NCBI RefSeq assembly: GCF_006345805.1
Contig: NC_043023.1
Span: 16,120,001 to 16,184,000 of the forward strand
Direction: 5' to 3'
Source: Octopus sinensis
Taxonomy: Eukaryota
DNA length: 64,000 bases
The notes under the pieces were generated by a model. It did not search any database, was not told the DNA's origin, and was given only the letters and a program-made list of their open reading frames with translations. Made by a program: the position numbers and the translations under genes. This document shows positions 12,914 through 25,341 of this stretch, piece after piece (position 1 is the first letter of the stretch; every line of letters starts with the position of its first letter).

Positions 12914-13162
12914 CACCTGCTGTTCTCAATAGAAAGCTCATCCTTACGATAACAACACCCGATATGAAACGACCGGTGGTTTGGAAGTGCGGCTATTATA
13001 AATATCAATGTAACATGATATGCGCTGATGGCCCTAACTATAAAGTGAGACATACTGGAGATACCGCCATACTTTGGATCAGAAAAATAACTAAGAATTG
13101 TTCGACTTGGAAATTTGAAGATGGCAACCATAATGTTGGAAAAATTGATTTGGAGATAAAGA
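12914..13162 (+). CDS. Copy A coding exon 3 (Ig-like domain)
   Basis: ttctttatttcag|CA...AAG A|gtaag, 249 nt, phase 1-1. Reads (A)PAVLNRKLILTITTPDMKRPVVWKCGYYKYQCNMICADGPNYKVRHTGDTAILWIRKITKNCSTWKFEDGNHNVGKIDLEIK. Confidence 0.85.
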
Positions 13163-13334
13163 GTAAGGAAATGATTTATAATAATTTCTTTATTAACCAC
13201 AGAGGGCTAACACAAAGCAAAACATTCGGGGGGGGGGGTCCAGTGTGGGTTTTAGCATGGAAAAAGTCATACAAAGAATAAAAGAAAGTCAAAGTAAGAT
13301 CCCTGATAGTTTGGGGACTTTCAAGGGCTACACG

Positions 13335-14560
13335 TAAAGAAAGCCCACAAAATCCATGGTCCCCCTGATCACCAAGGTGGATGCCCTCTCCCAGTCTTTC
13401 CTCTCCAATATACAGGTACACTCTGAGAGAAGGCCCATTCACTCAGGTAATGCTCACCTCTCTCACCCACCTTTCAACAAAACTGCTTGGAAGCCAGCAC
13501 TTACCTCTCCACCCTGATTTTCCTCTTCAAGTGAAACCTGAAAAAGTTTATTAGGGTTTTGACAAAATGGCAATTGCTGGTCTTCAGCGCTTTCAGACAT
13601 GTCCATCACACGATCCCTTTTGCAATGGCAACTAGTCACACAGGAGAAAGCCCAAAAAATCCATGGTCCCCCTGACCACCAGGGTGGATACCCTCTCCCA
13701 GTCTTTTCTCTCCAATATACAGGTACACTCTGAGAGAAGGCCCATTCACTCAGGTAATGCTCACCTCTCTCACCCACCTTTCAACAAACTGCTTGGAAGC
13801 CAGCACTTACCTCTCCACCCTGATTTTGCTCTTCAAGTGAAACCTGATAAAGTTTATTAGGGTTTTGACAAAATGGCAGTTGCTGGTCTTCAGCGCTTTC
13901 AGACATGTCCATCACATGATCCCTTTTGCAATGGCAACTAGTTACACAGGGAGAAAGCCCACAAAATCCATGGTACCCCTGACCACCAGGGTGGATGCCC
14001 TCTCCCAGTCTACAGGTGCACACTCAGGCAACGCTCACCTCTCTCACCCATCTTCAGCCCTTTCAGACATGTCCATCACACGATCCCTTTTGCAATGGCA
14101 ACTAGTCACACAGGGAGAAAGCCCACAAAATCCATGGTCTCCCTGACCACCAGGGTGGATGCCCTCTCCCAGTCTACAGGTGCACACTCAGGCAACGCTC
14201 ACCTCTCTCACCCATCTATCAAGAAACTGCAATGGAAGCCAGCACTTCCACCCTTACTTTTCTCTTTATCCTTATTTGTCTCTTCTTCAAACCTGAAAAA
14301 GATTATTTGAGCTTCAACAAAAGGACAACTGCTGGTCATCAGCCCTTTCAGACATGTCTACCACATGATCCCTTTTGCAATGGCAACTAGTCACACAGGG
14401 AGAAGCCCACAAAATCCATGGTCCCCCTGACCACCAGGGTGGATGCCCTCTCCCAGTCTACAGGTGCACACTCAGGCAACGCTCACCTCTCTCACCCATC
14501 TATCAAGAAACTGCAATGGAAGCCAGCACTTCCACCCTTATTTTTCTCTTTATCCTTATT
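13335..14560 (+). repeat. Complex intronic tandem repeat (~300-bp and ~180-bp modules)
   Basis: Recurring gaaagcccacaaaatccatggtccccctgaccaccagggtggatgccctctcccagtct. A shorter version occurs at 29880-30415 and 52560-53090. Confidence 0.8.
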
Positions 14561-14765
14561 AATTAACATTAACATGATATTTTGATGAAAGGTTTTAATT
14601 TAGCTCACTTTAAATTAGGGAATTTTCACTATGGAAACAAGGGCAGTCTTGAGCAAGTTGATATGAAGAGTGTATATAAATGATATGTTTTATTGTTTAT
14701 CTTTGTGTGTGATATGACACCAATATCTGTGGCATATGATGATATCACATTGAAATCTTTTGCAG

Positions 14766-14842
14766 GTGGAGCACACGGAACCAGCAGCCTCAGAAACAAG
14801 TCCATCCTTGTCATTGGGATGATAACTGCCGTCATCATTTAA
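14766..14842 (+). CDS. Copy A last coding exon, via a probable in-frame downstream acceptor (shortened stalk)
   Basis: The usual acceptor is mutated (ctttgtgtgt instead of ctttgtag|gt, ~14707). aaatcttttgcag|GT at 14766 keeps frame and reads (S)GAHGTSSLRNKSILVIGMITAVII*. Confidence 0.55.
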
Positions 14843-15099
14843 ATATTTTAAGAAATACCAGTAATAATCTCAGGTGCTGGAAGGACACTCCTTTGATATT
14901 TAGTCCAGTGCTATGTGGGTAGGAAGCAAGCATTTTACCACATAACCATGCCTGCCACCTATAATTTAATAAATAAGAAATTTTATAAATTTGATTTTGA
15001 TGTACACCAGCCTTGTTATAAACTTTTACTGTTTAAATTACTGCCACTCGATTTATGCTGTCAGCGTCATCGTCGAATCAACATCCAGGTTTCTAAAAC

Positions 15100-16960
15100 C
15101 CGGAAGCTGAAAGAAGCCCGCCATGCGTCTGTGTTTGTCCGCCCCAACATCGCTTGACAACCGGTGCTGGTGTGTTTACGTTCCCGTAACAAAGAATAAG
15201 TTCTGGGGTCGATTTGATCGACTAAAGGCGGTGCTCCAAATGACTGAAACAAGTAAAAGAGTATATATATATCTCTTACTTGTTTCAGTCATTTGACTGC
15301 GGCCATGCTGGAGCACCGCCTTTAGTCAAGCAACTCGACCCCGAGACTCATTCTCTGTAAGCTCAGTACTTATTCTATCAGTCTCTTTTGCCGAACCGCT
15401 AAGTGACAGGGACGTAAACACACCAGCATCGGTTGTCAAGCAATGCTAGGGGGACAAACACAAACACAAACGCACACATACATACATATATATATATACA
15501 CATGTACGACAGGCTTCTTTCAGTTTCCGTCTACCAAATCCACTCACAAGGCTTTGGTCGGCCCGAGGCTATAGCAGAAGGCACTTGTCCAAGATGCCAC
15601 GCAGTGGGACTGAACCCGGAACTATGTGGTTAGTAAACAAGCTACTTACTACACAGCCACTCCTGTGCCTATATACGATGGGCTTCTTTCAGTTTCCGTC
15701 TACCAAATCCACTCACAAGGCTTTGGTCGGCCTGAGGCTATAGCAGAAGACACTTGCCCAAGGTGCCATGCAGTGGGACTGAACCCGGAACCATGTGGTT
15801 GGTAAGCAAGCTACTTACCACACGGCCACTCCTGCGCCTATATATTCTTTTAGGTGTGTGTTTTCCCCTACCCCCATTCCTACCGTCACTTGTCAAGCTG
15901 TGTTAGTATGTTTATATACCCATGATCTTGACCGATAAAATAAATGCCAGGCTAACAAAGAATAAGTCCTGGGATTGATTTCTCCAACTGATCCCATTGT
16001 TCAAGAAGTCTCCCTCCTGCTGTTCACCCAAGTGTCAAGACATCAACAGCCGAGTGCCACATCATCATTGCCACACTGGTGGCATTTCCATACTGGTTCT
16101 CAGGCAAGTGGTTGTTTTTTTCTTTTTTGTTTATGTTGGAGGAACAGATGAAGGGCCAAACCATTAGGGGCTAGACTTCCTTTTCTACCTCCAACCCTGC
16201 TTTATCTCTTTTTACTCTTTTACTTGTTTCAGTCATTTGACTGCGGCCATGCTGGAGCACCGCCTTTAGTCGAGCAAATCGATCCCCAGGTCTTATTCTT
16301 TGTAAGCCCAGTACTTATTCTATCGGTCTCTTTTGCCGAACCGCTTAGTTACGGGGACGTAAACACACCAGCATCGGTTGTCATGCAATGCTAGGGGGCG
16401 ACAAACACAGACACACAAACATATACACATACGTATACATATATACGACGGGCTTCTTTCAGTTTCCGTTTACCAAATCCACTCACAAGACTTTGGTCGG
16501 CCCGAGGCTATAGTAGAAGACACTTGCCCAAGGTGCCACGCAGTGGGACTGAACCCGGAACCATGTGGTTGGTAAGCAAGCTGCTTACCACACAGCCACT
16601 CCTGCACCTATATACATATACGACGGGCTTCTTTCAGTTTCCGTTTACCAAATCCACTCACAAGACTTTGGTCGGCCCGAGGCTATAGTAGAAGACACTT
16701 GCCCAAGGTGCCACGCAGTGGGACTGAACCCGGAACCATGTGGTTGGTAAGCAAGCTGCTTACCACACAGCCACTCCTGCACCTATATACATATACGACG
16801 GGCTTCTTTCAGTTTCCGTTTACCAAATCCACTCACAAGACTTTGGTCGGCCCGAGGCTATAGTAGAAGACACTTGCCCAAGGTGCCACGCAGTGGGACT
16901 GAACCCGGAACCATGTGGTTGGTAAGCAAGCTACTTACCACACAGCCACTCCTACGCCTT
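15100..16960 (-). mobile_element. Cluster of SINE family 1 copies, including three tandem 175-bp heads (16440-16960)
   Basis: Direct consensus matches. The counterpart lies at 37775-39445. Confidence 0.8.
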
Positions 16961-17059
16961 TATTTATTTATTTTTTACAGAAACCCCCTTTTCGGGTACG
17001 GTGATTACGAAGCTGGAAAAAAAAAGAAAGGCAAAATTCAGCATCTCAAAATTTCATTC

Positions 17060-17745
17060 CTCGACTAAATAAGTACCAGTTATGCACTGGGGTCGTTGTA
17101 ATCGACTTAATCCGTTTGTCTATCTTTGTTTAGCCCCTTGTGGGTAGTAAAGAAATAGGTATTTCGTCTGTCGTAACGTTCTGAGTTCAAATTCCGCCGA
17201 GGTCGACTTTGCCTTTCATGCTTTCAGGGTCGATTAAATAAGTACCAGTTACGCACTGGGGTCGATGTAATCGACTTAAACCGTTTGTCTGTCCTTGTTT
17301 GTCCCCTCTGTGTTTAGCCCCTTGTGAGTAGTAAAGAAATAGGTATTTCGTCTGCCGTTACGTTCTGAGTTCAAATTCCGCCGAGGTCGACTTTGCCTTT
17401 CATCCTTTCGGGGTCGATAAATTAAGTACCAGTTACGCACTGGGATCGATGTAATCGACTTAAACCGTTTGTCTGTCCTTGTTTGTCCCCTCTGTGTTTA
17501 GCCCCTTGTGGGTAGTAAAGAAATAGGTATTTCGTCTGCCGTTACGTTGTGAGTTCAAATTCCGCCGAGGTCGACTTTGCCTTTCATCCTTTCGGGGTCG
17601 ATAAATTAAGTACCAGTTACGCACTGGGATCGATATAATCGACTTAAACCGTTTGTCTGTCCTTGTTTGTCCTCTCTGTGTTTAACCCCTTGTGGGTAGT
17701 AAAGAAATAGGTATTTCGTCTGTCGTAACGTTCTGAGTTCAAATT
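17060..17745 (+). repeat. Tandem array of SINE family 2 body modules (~4 x 180 bp)
   Basis: Head-to-tail ggtatttcgtctgccgttacg...gtagtaaagaaata units. Confidence 0.85.
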
Positions 17746-18209
17746 TTGGGCGTTGTGCCTAGTAGAGTAGAAAAGAACGTGAACGAACAAGCACACACAC
17801 ACAACCCATAAGCTATTTCTCCTCCTCATCCCATTTTAGCAGCTATTACGGATGTCACGAAAATATCCGAAGTGAATTGTCGAGTCGTCACAGAAACAAC
17901 GGAGTTCTTGTTATAATTTTTGTCGAGACAAAACGAAGGAACACGCCCCAAAGTTTCAAACTCTTTTGTTAAAAAATAACAATTAGCAATTAATTAAAGA
18001 ACAAACAAAAAAAAACCAGATTGGTGAAAAGAAAGCAGCTCGGATAACGGACAGAGTCAACAACTATTGAAAAGGTTGGAAGAGGCAAAGAAAACTTTAG
18101 GAATAATAGGTAATTAGCGGAAACTTTAACGGTGAGTGTGTTAAATAACAAAGCACCTTGCATCAGCACGAACTCGCATGAAAATCTTGCAAACCGAACC
18201 CCAAAACGA

Positions 18210-18651
18210 AATGCATGTATGTATGTGTGTATGTACGTATGTATGTATGTATGTGTGTATGTATGTATGTGTGTGTATGTATGTATGTATGTATGTATGC
18301 ATGCATGCATGCATGTATGTATGTGTGTATGTACGTATGTATGTATGTATGTATGTATGTATGTATGTATGTGTGTATGTGTGTATGTATGTATGTATGT
18401 ATGTATGTGTGTATATATGTGTGTATGTGCGTATGTATGTATGTATGTGTGTGTGTATCTATGTATGTATGTATGTTCATATGTATGTATGTATGTAAGT
18501 ATCTATGTATGTGCGTATGTACGTAAGTATGTATGTATGTGTGTGTATGTACGTATGTATGTATGTATGTACGTACGTACGTATGAAACGTAAGTATGTA
18601 TGTATGTGGGTATGTATGTACGTACGTATGGAACGTAAGTATGTATGTAAG

Positions 18652-18682
<31 letters not shown>

Positions 18683-19120
18683 GTATGTAAGTATGTATGT
18701 ATGTAAGTATGTATGTATGTACGTACGTATGGAACGTAAGTATGTATGTAAGTATGTATGTATGTAAGTATGTAAGTATGTATGTATGTAAGTATGTATG
18801 TATGTACGTACGTATGGAACGTAAGTATGTATGTAAGTATGTATGTATGTATGTATGTATGTACGTACGTATGGAACGTAAGTATGTATGTAAGTATGTA
18901 TGTATGTAAGTATGTAAGTATGTATGTATGTAAGTATGTATGTATGTATGTATGTATGTACGTACGTATGGAACGTAAGTATGTATGTAAGTATGTATGT
19001 ATGTATGTATGTAAGTACGTATGTGTGTATGTATGTATGTATGTATGTATGTACGTACGTATGGAACGTAAGTATGCATGTAAGTATGTGTGTATGTGTG
19101 TATGTATGTATGTATGCATT
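18210..19120. repeat. (TATG)n microsatellite with higher-order gtacgtacgtatggaacgtaa motif
   Basis: Direct reading; it is the source of the HTYI/MYVC ORFs. Confidence 0.95.
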
Positions 19121-19714
19121 ATTTGATTAAAAAACAAAAAAAAAGTCAGTGTTTTGGCTGATGTCACTCACATAAGTCGGGTTGTTGAATGATACAGATT
19201 GTAGATGATGACGTTGGCATCCTTTTTGTGTCTCTGGAGGCAATGGAATTGCGCATAAAATAATCTAGTCTAGCTTTTACATTTCATGTCCTCATATATA
19301 TATCCTGCTGTGGCTGCGTAGTCCTATCCTGGACAAACACTCCTTCGGTACTACTTGAGAACAGTAGTCCAGGTGCGCGCACTCACGTAGTCAGGCATCC
19401 GCGCTAGCTAGTCGTGACTAGTCGATCCTACAACGACTAACCTAGCTAAGTAAATAAAACACAAAATAAATATTTGGCGATCCTTCGGTATAAGTACACA
19501 CGTGACTTTGTTTACATTTCTGAAGATAAAAGAAACCTTTTTCTCCCACCCCTAACCCTAACCCTAAGACAAACCCCCCATATATAAAAAAAAAACACTT
19601 TCTTGAAATGTATCTGGTACTTATACCGAAGTTATGCCAAATATTTTTTTTGCGCAAAGTAAATAATTTTTGTTTAACAAAGTAAATAAAACACACACAA
19701 AAAAGTAATTTTTT

Positions 19715-19886
19715 TGGAGTGGTAAGTTGCTTGTTTACCAACCACATGGTTCCGGGTTCAGTCTCACTGCGTGGCACCTTGGACAAGTGTCTTCTACTAT
19801 AGCCTCGGGCCGACCAAAGCCTTGTGAGTGGACTTGGTAGACAGAAACTGAAAGAAGCCCGTCGTATATATATATATAAGCCCGTC

Positions 19887-19938
<52 letters not shown>

Positions 19939-20325
19939 GACGGGCTTCTTTCAGTTTCCGTCTACAAAATACACTCACAAGGCTTTGGTCGGCTCGAGGC
20001 TATAGTAGAAGACACTTGTCCAAGGTGCCACGCAGTGGGACTGAACCCGGAACCATGTGGTTCGTAAACAAGCTACTTACCACACAGCCACACATATGTG
20101 TGTTGTGCGTGTGTGTTTGTGTGTCTGTGTTTGTCTCCCTAGCATTGCTTGACAACCGATGCTGGTGTGTTTATGTCCCCGTCACTTAGCGGTTCGGCAA
20201 AAGAGACCGATTGAATAAGTACTGGGCTTACAAAAGAATAAGTCCCGGGGTCGATTTGCTCGACTAAAGGCGGTGCTCCAGCATGGCCGCAGTCGAATGA
20301 CTGAAACAAGTAAAAGAGTAGAAGA
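19715..20325. mobile_element. SINE family 1 (+) with a minus-strand SINE head nested in its (TA)n
   Basis: + head at 19716-19865, minus head at ~19935-20090 and + body at 20100-20325. Duplicated at 42655-43270. Confidence 0.75.
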
Positions 20326-20489
20326 GAGAGTAACGTGGGAAAATGCCATGTTCTAGAACCGCGATTTCCGCTGTAATTAAGAAAGAAAAAATCAAGGGAT
20401 TTGGCTGCTATTTCAGGTCACATGGCGGAGATGTAAACGGAACCCTTCCCTCCTTTAATTTAGGGTTTTGGTGTTAGGGTTACGGAAAA

Positions 20490-20820
20490 TAAAAGTGAAA
20501 ATGAAACAAAACAGCACAGCTCCTTCCATGACTTTAGGAAACATTTTTTCACGCTTAGAGTTGCTGAAGCATGGAACAAACTGCCGGCATCAGTTGTTAG
20601 TTGTCGGATCACTGCATCCTTCAAAACTTCCATGCTTCCTGAGATTCGCCAACACTACACCTGAGCTTTCTCCCCTCCATACACACAAGCAAGCATCTAT
20701 CTGACTCATACACTGTTCACTCCCCAGACATTTGTACATTACTGCAAATGCTTTATACGCACTTTTGACAAGTTGTGGGGGCACCTGAGCACTGTATACA
20801 ATAATTTCATTAATTATTAA
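20490..20820 (+). mobile_element. CR1-like LINE extreme 3' end
   Basis: HDFRKHFFTLRVAEAWNKLPASVV frame, then tail ...cacctgagcactgtatacaataat. Confidence 0.75.
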
Positions 20821-20821
20821 T

Positions 20822-20889
<68 letters not shown>

Positions 20890-20999
20890 TCATATATGAT
20901 TTATACGCACTTTTGACAAGTTGTGGTGCACCTGAGCACTGTATACAATAATTTCATTATTTATTAATACACACACACACACACACATATATATAATAA

Positions 21000-21856
21000 T
21001 AATAATTGTGTACAGTGCTCAGGTGCACTACAACTCATCTAAAGTGTATATATAATCAGGTGTAGTTTCGGCGGATTTCGGAAAGCATGAGGGCCTTAAA
21101 GGATGCAGTGTCATGGCAGTCAACAACTGACGCAGGCAGTTTGTTCCATGCTTCAGCAACTCTGAGCGTGAAAAAATGTTTCCGAAAGTCATGGGAGCTG
21201 TATTGTTTTCTGACTTTGTAGGCATGTCCACGTGTGTTAGACACATGGAGATCAAAAAGGTGGTCAGTGTTGTTGTTGGTGAGGTGGTTGATAACTTTGT
21301 GGGTGTTTACCAAGTCCGTCGCCAAACGCCGGAGCTTCAGTGAATCCATGCCCAGGGAAACAAGGCGCTCAGAATATGGTAGGTGTCTGATGGAGGGTAT
21401 GCGTTTGGTTGCACGTCTCTGGACAGATTCCAGGAGGTCAATGTTCTGTGCAAGATAGGGGTTCCAAACTGATGATGCGAATTCCAAGTGTGGTCGTACC
21501 ATAGCTGTATACAGTTTTAAATAGATGGCTGGAGAGCGGCTAACAAAAGACCTGCTGAGTGATGCCAAGACACCCTCGGCCTTCCTGACAATCTTAGAGA
21601 TATGCTTTGACCAACGCAAATCACTGCTGACAGTGATGCCTAGGTCACGTTCGCAAGAGGATTTCTTGATATCAGTGTTGTGGAGGGAGTAAGTGAACGC
21701 AGGGTTTTTTCTCCCAAAATGCATGGTGGTACACTTGTCCACAGCCAGTTTCAGTTGCCAGTCTGTGATCCATTGCTGCATTGTGTCTAGGTCTGATTGC
21801 AGGAAAGAGTTGTAGACATCAGGATCTGTCCTCTTGATTTCAAGGTACATCTGCAA
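21000..21856 (-). mobile_element. CR1-like LINE 3' fragment
   Basis: LQSDLD...ERDLGITVSSDLRWSKHI...LYTAMVRPHLEFASSVWNPY...LESVQRRATK...TRGHAYK...FFTLRVAEAWNKLP is the classic CR1 ORF2 C-terminus. Confidence 0.92.
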
Positions 21857-22785
21857 TCATATATGCTTTATACGCACTTTTGACAAGTTGTGGTGCACCT
21901 GAGCACTGTATACAATAATTTCACTATTATTTATTTATGAAGAAATTGGAAGAGGAGGGAGGACAAAAACGTCTTTCCGAAAATAGCTGAAAAAACCCTA
22001 AAAGCAGTAGAAATGCCCGAACGATGGTGGTGCTGTCATGAAATAAACATGCTTCAGATAGATTCGTTTATTTATTCATACAAACGTAATTGAGATAAAA
22101 TAGGTCCATAAATAACAGTGACAAACGAAATGTATACACCGCCGGAAGTCGACAAAGAACCGCAGTAATTTTATTCACGTCATTGATTGGTTAAAATTAC
22201 CGAAATACACCAACTTTAAAACGAAATAACTTCGAAAATACAAATTTTTCTCAACAACACTCAGAGTAAAAGATGTTTTATACGACACATTCTACCGAAT
22301 CGGATCGGATCGGATCGATGGAAAGGTTCCGTTTATATGAGTCATCTCATCAATTGTCTCTCTTTAACACTTTCATTTTCGTATTTCTCCCGTGATATCT
22401 TGAAAATTTGTGGACGATTTCAGGCGAGCGATTCCCTAAACTAGGTTTTCACACCCGGAAAAACGGTAAACAACGTTTGATTTTTCTGTATGAAGGACAA
22501 ATACATAATGTAGTTAAAATCTTATCAAATTTATGAAGAAAAAATTGCGTATTATTTAAGCGAAATTTCTCTGACACATCAGAGAGTTAAGATTATATTT
22601 ATGAAAGTGAAACTAAAGCATTTAATTTTTAGTATCATCCGTTAAGATTACGGACGTTCGACGATAATAATGATGATGACGATGACTCTTAATTAGATAT
22701 CTACTATTGTTTGCTTGTTGTGAAATTAGTGGAACTGAAATAATTTTTGTTGTTTTTCAGGTTTAGAAAATTATTTTCACAGATC

Positions 22786-22822
22786 ATGGACATTCTAAAG
22801 TTCTGTTTGTCTGCATTATTTT
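22786..22822 (+). CDS. Copy B coding exon 1 (signal peptide)
   Basis: ATG GAC ATT CTA AAG TTC TGT TTG TCT GCA TTA TTT T|gtaag = MDILKFCLSALF. Confidence 0.8.
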
Positions 22823-22967
22823 GTAAGTTTTTATTATTCTTTTTCTTCATAATTCACTCTTGTTAATTACCCCTATACAGGTGGACACAAATCTGAAATA
22901 CGTCCTACATCAATTGGGTTTTCTCTGTTTTGATGGGGACTTTTCAAATGGTTTTTTTTCATAACAA

Positions 22968-23985
22968 ACTTAAGCCTTTCGTCACTGTATTTATTTTGAG
23001 ATGCTCTGTGTTTCTTTCAATTATTTTAAATATTACAAAGAATTTAGTAAAATAACTTAGTTATCATTCAGCTAGTGTCAGGAACATAAATTGTGCCTAA
23101 GGTTTGGTGGAAGATTTTAATTCAAAACTTATGAAAACAAGACATTTGTACTACAGGGTCAGAGTTGGTTTCAGCTGGGTTGGTACCAAAAGGGTTAAGA
23201 ATTGTTTCTCTATTATATATTTTAACCCTTTTGTTACCATATTTCTGTTGAGATGTTCTGTGTTTCTTTCAATTAATTTTAAATATAACAAAGAATTTAG
23301 TAAAATAACTTAGTTATTGTTAAGCTAGTGTTAGGAACATAAATTGTGACTAAGGTTTGGTGGAAGATTTTGATTCAAAACTTATGAAAACAAGACATTT
23401 GTACTCAGAGCCAGAGCCGGTTTCAGCCGGGTTGGTAACAAAAGGTTAAGAATTGTTTCTCTATTATATATTTTAACCCTTTTGTTACCATATTTCTGTT
23501 GAGATGCTCTGTGTTTCTTTCAATTATTTTAAATATAATAAAGAATTTAGTAAAATAACTTAGTTATTGTTAAGCTAGTGTTAGGAACATAAATTGTGAC
23601 TAAGGTTTGGTGGAAGATATTAATTCAAAACTTTTGAAAACAAGACATTTGTACTACAGGGTCAGAGGTGGTTTCAGCCAGGTTCATATCAAAAGGGTTA
23701 AGAATTGTTTCTCTATTATATATTTTTAACCCTTTTGTTACCATATTTCTGTTGAGATTTTCTGTGTTTCTTTCAATTAATTTTAAATATAACAAAGAAT
23801 TTAGTAAAATAATTTAGTCATCATTAAGCTAGTATTAGGAACATAAATTGTGACTAAGGTTTGGTGGAAGATTTTAATTCAAGACTTATGAAAACAAGAC
23901 ATTTGTACTACAGGGTCAGAGGTGGTTTCAGCCAGGTTGGTATCAAAAGGGTTAAGAATTGTTTCTCTATTATATATTTTTAAAG
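22968..23985. repeat. Tandem array (~4 x 252 bp) of a piggyBac-like MITE
   Basis: Units TTAA-cccttttgttacca...tggtaacaaaaggg-TTAA. One unit occurs in copy A (~7850-8078) and three in copy C (~45905-46665). Confidence 0.75.
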
Positions 23986-24822
23986 ATGATAGGAGAAAGC
24001 TTTTTATGAAAAAAAACAATTTTTGAAAATTTATTAAAAAAAAAATTGGTTGTCTCACATGAAACTTAGGATTTGTCGGTATTAATGTGTGTGTAATAAC
24101 TAAATTTTTTCTACATTAACCTTTGATGTAATAATATACAAACACTAAAATATATACTCTTTTACTTGTTTCAGTCATTTTTTTCACCTGAATCCCTTCT
24201 CTACCCAGCCCCAGACCGATTTTTTTTTTTGCACTAAGCCCTCGAAAACCATGGCAAAATCCTTTTCGGTAAAGGTTTATTTGTCAGTCTGCCATTTGAC
24301 AGGGGTCTGGAATAGGGCACCCACATAAATTGGTCTATCTCTGTTTTGACAGGTACTTTTTACCCACTGCGTGGCATCTTGGGCAAGGGTCTTCTGCTAT
24401 AGCCCCGGGCCGACCAAAGCGTTGTGAGTGGATTTGGTAGACGGAAACTGAAAGAAGCCCGTCGTATATATATGTGTTTGTGTGTCTGTGTTTGTCCCCG
24501 TAGCACTGCTCGACAACCGATGCTGGTGTATTTACGTCCCCGTCACTTAGCGGTTCAGCAAAAGAGACCGATAGAATAAGTACTGGGCTTACAAAGAATA
24601 AGTCCCGGGGTCGATTTGCTCGACTAAAGGCGGTGCTCTAGCATGGCCGCAGTCAGGTGGCTGAGACAAGTAAAGAGTAAGAGTAATCTAACCCTTGTGG
24701 GGATCCTGATCTGAAACTCTGCCAATGAAATAGCCATTTTCCTTCTAATGTAACGTTCATTTATTCACAATATTTTGAATAATTTCATCTTAAAATCAAA
24801 AATTTGTTTTCATCTTTTACAG

Positions 24823-24861
24823 GTTTGGCAAGTGCGGCAAGTTATGAAATTAAGCAAAGTG
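24823..24861 (+). CDS. Copy B coding exon 2
   Basis: catcttttacag|GT...AGT G|gtaaat, 39 nt, reads (C)LASAASYEIKQS. Confidence 0.8.
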
Positions 24862-24912
24862 GTAAATAATGGATAAACAAACCTTTTTCCCCTTTTAAAC
24901 TAGACATTACCT

Positions 24913-25341
24913 GGATCTTTTCCGTTTGACCAGCAGTTTTTAAAAATAATTTCCACGTAACTAGACACGTTTAAACTTCGTATACTGGTAGAATGTGTTT
25001 ATAAAACATCTTTTTCTCTTGGCTTTATCGAGAAAATTCTATAGTTGTAAGATATTTGTTGTTTTTTTTCCTTCAATTTCTGCAATTTCAACCAATCAAT
25101 GACGTCTATTGAGGTAAAAAAAAAGCACATTCTGTGCCGTATGAATATGTCCCTCGTTTAAGAAACAGATTGAGTTTATTTACATTTCTGAAGAAGGAAA
25201 GATACCCTTCCCCCACCCCTAATCCTAACTTTAACCCTAAAACAGATTGAAATGCAATAGATCGATACTAGGGTCATAATTATGGGTGACAATTTCATAT
25301 GACACCGCTAGAAAAAACTGCCGTTCAAACCGAAAAGATCC
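24913..25341. mobile_element. hAT-like MITE in intron 2 of copy B
   Basis: TIRs ggatcttttccgtttgac / gttcaaaccgaaaagatcc with perfect 8-bp TSD cattacct. Copy C counterpart at 47594-48023. Confidence 0.85.

Noticed and set aside
12910-13200. Minus-strand ORF MVNKEIIINHF... (also at 28557 and 51235)
   Set aside because: Antisense shadow of exon 3; the splice sites and motif conservation are on the + strand.
18132-19167. Long ORFs (up to 334 aa) of HTYI/MYVC repeats
   Set aside because: Translations of a (TATG)n microsatellite.
19548-19567. (CCCTAA)3 as an interstitial telomere
   Set aside because: Too short, and embedded in a motif shared with the hAT-like MITE family.
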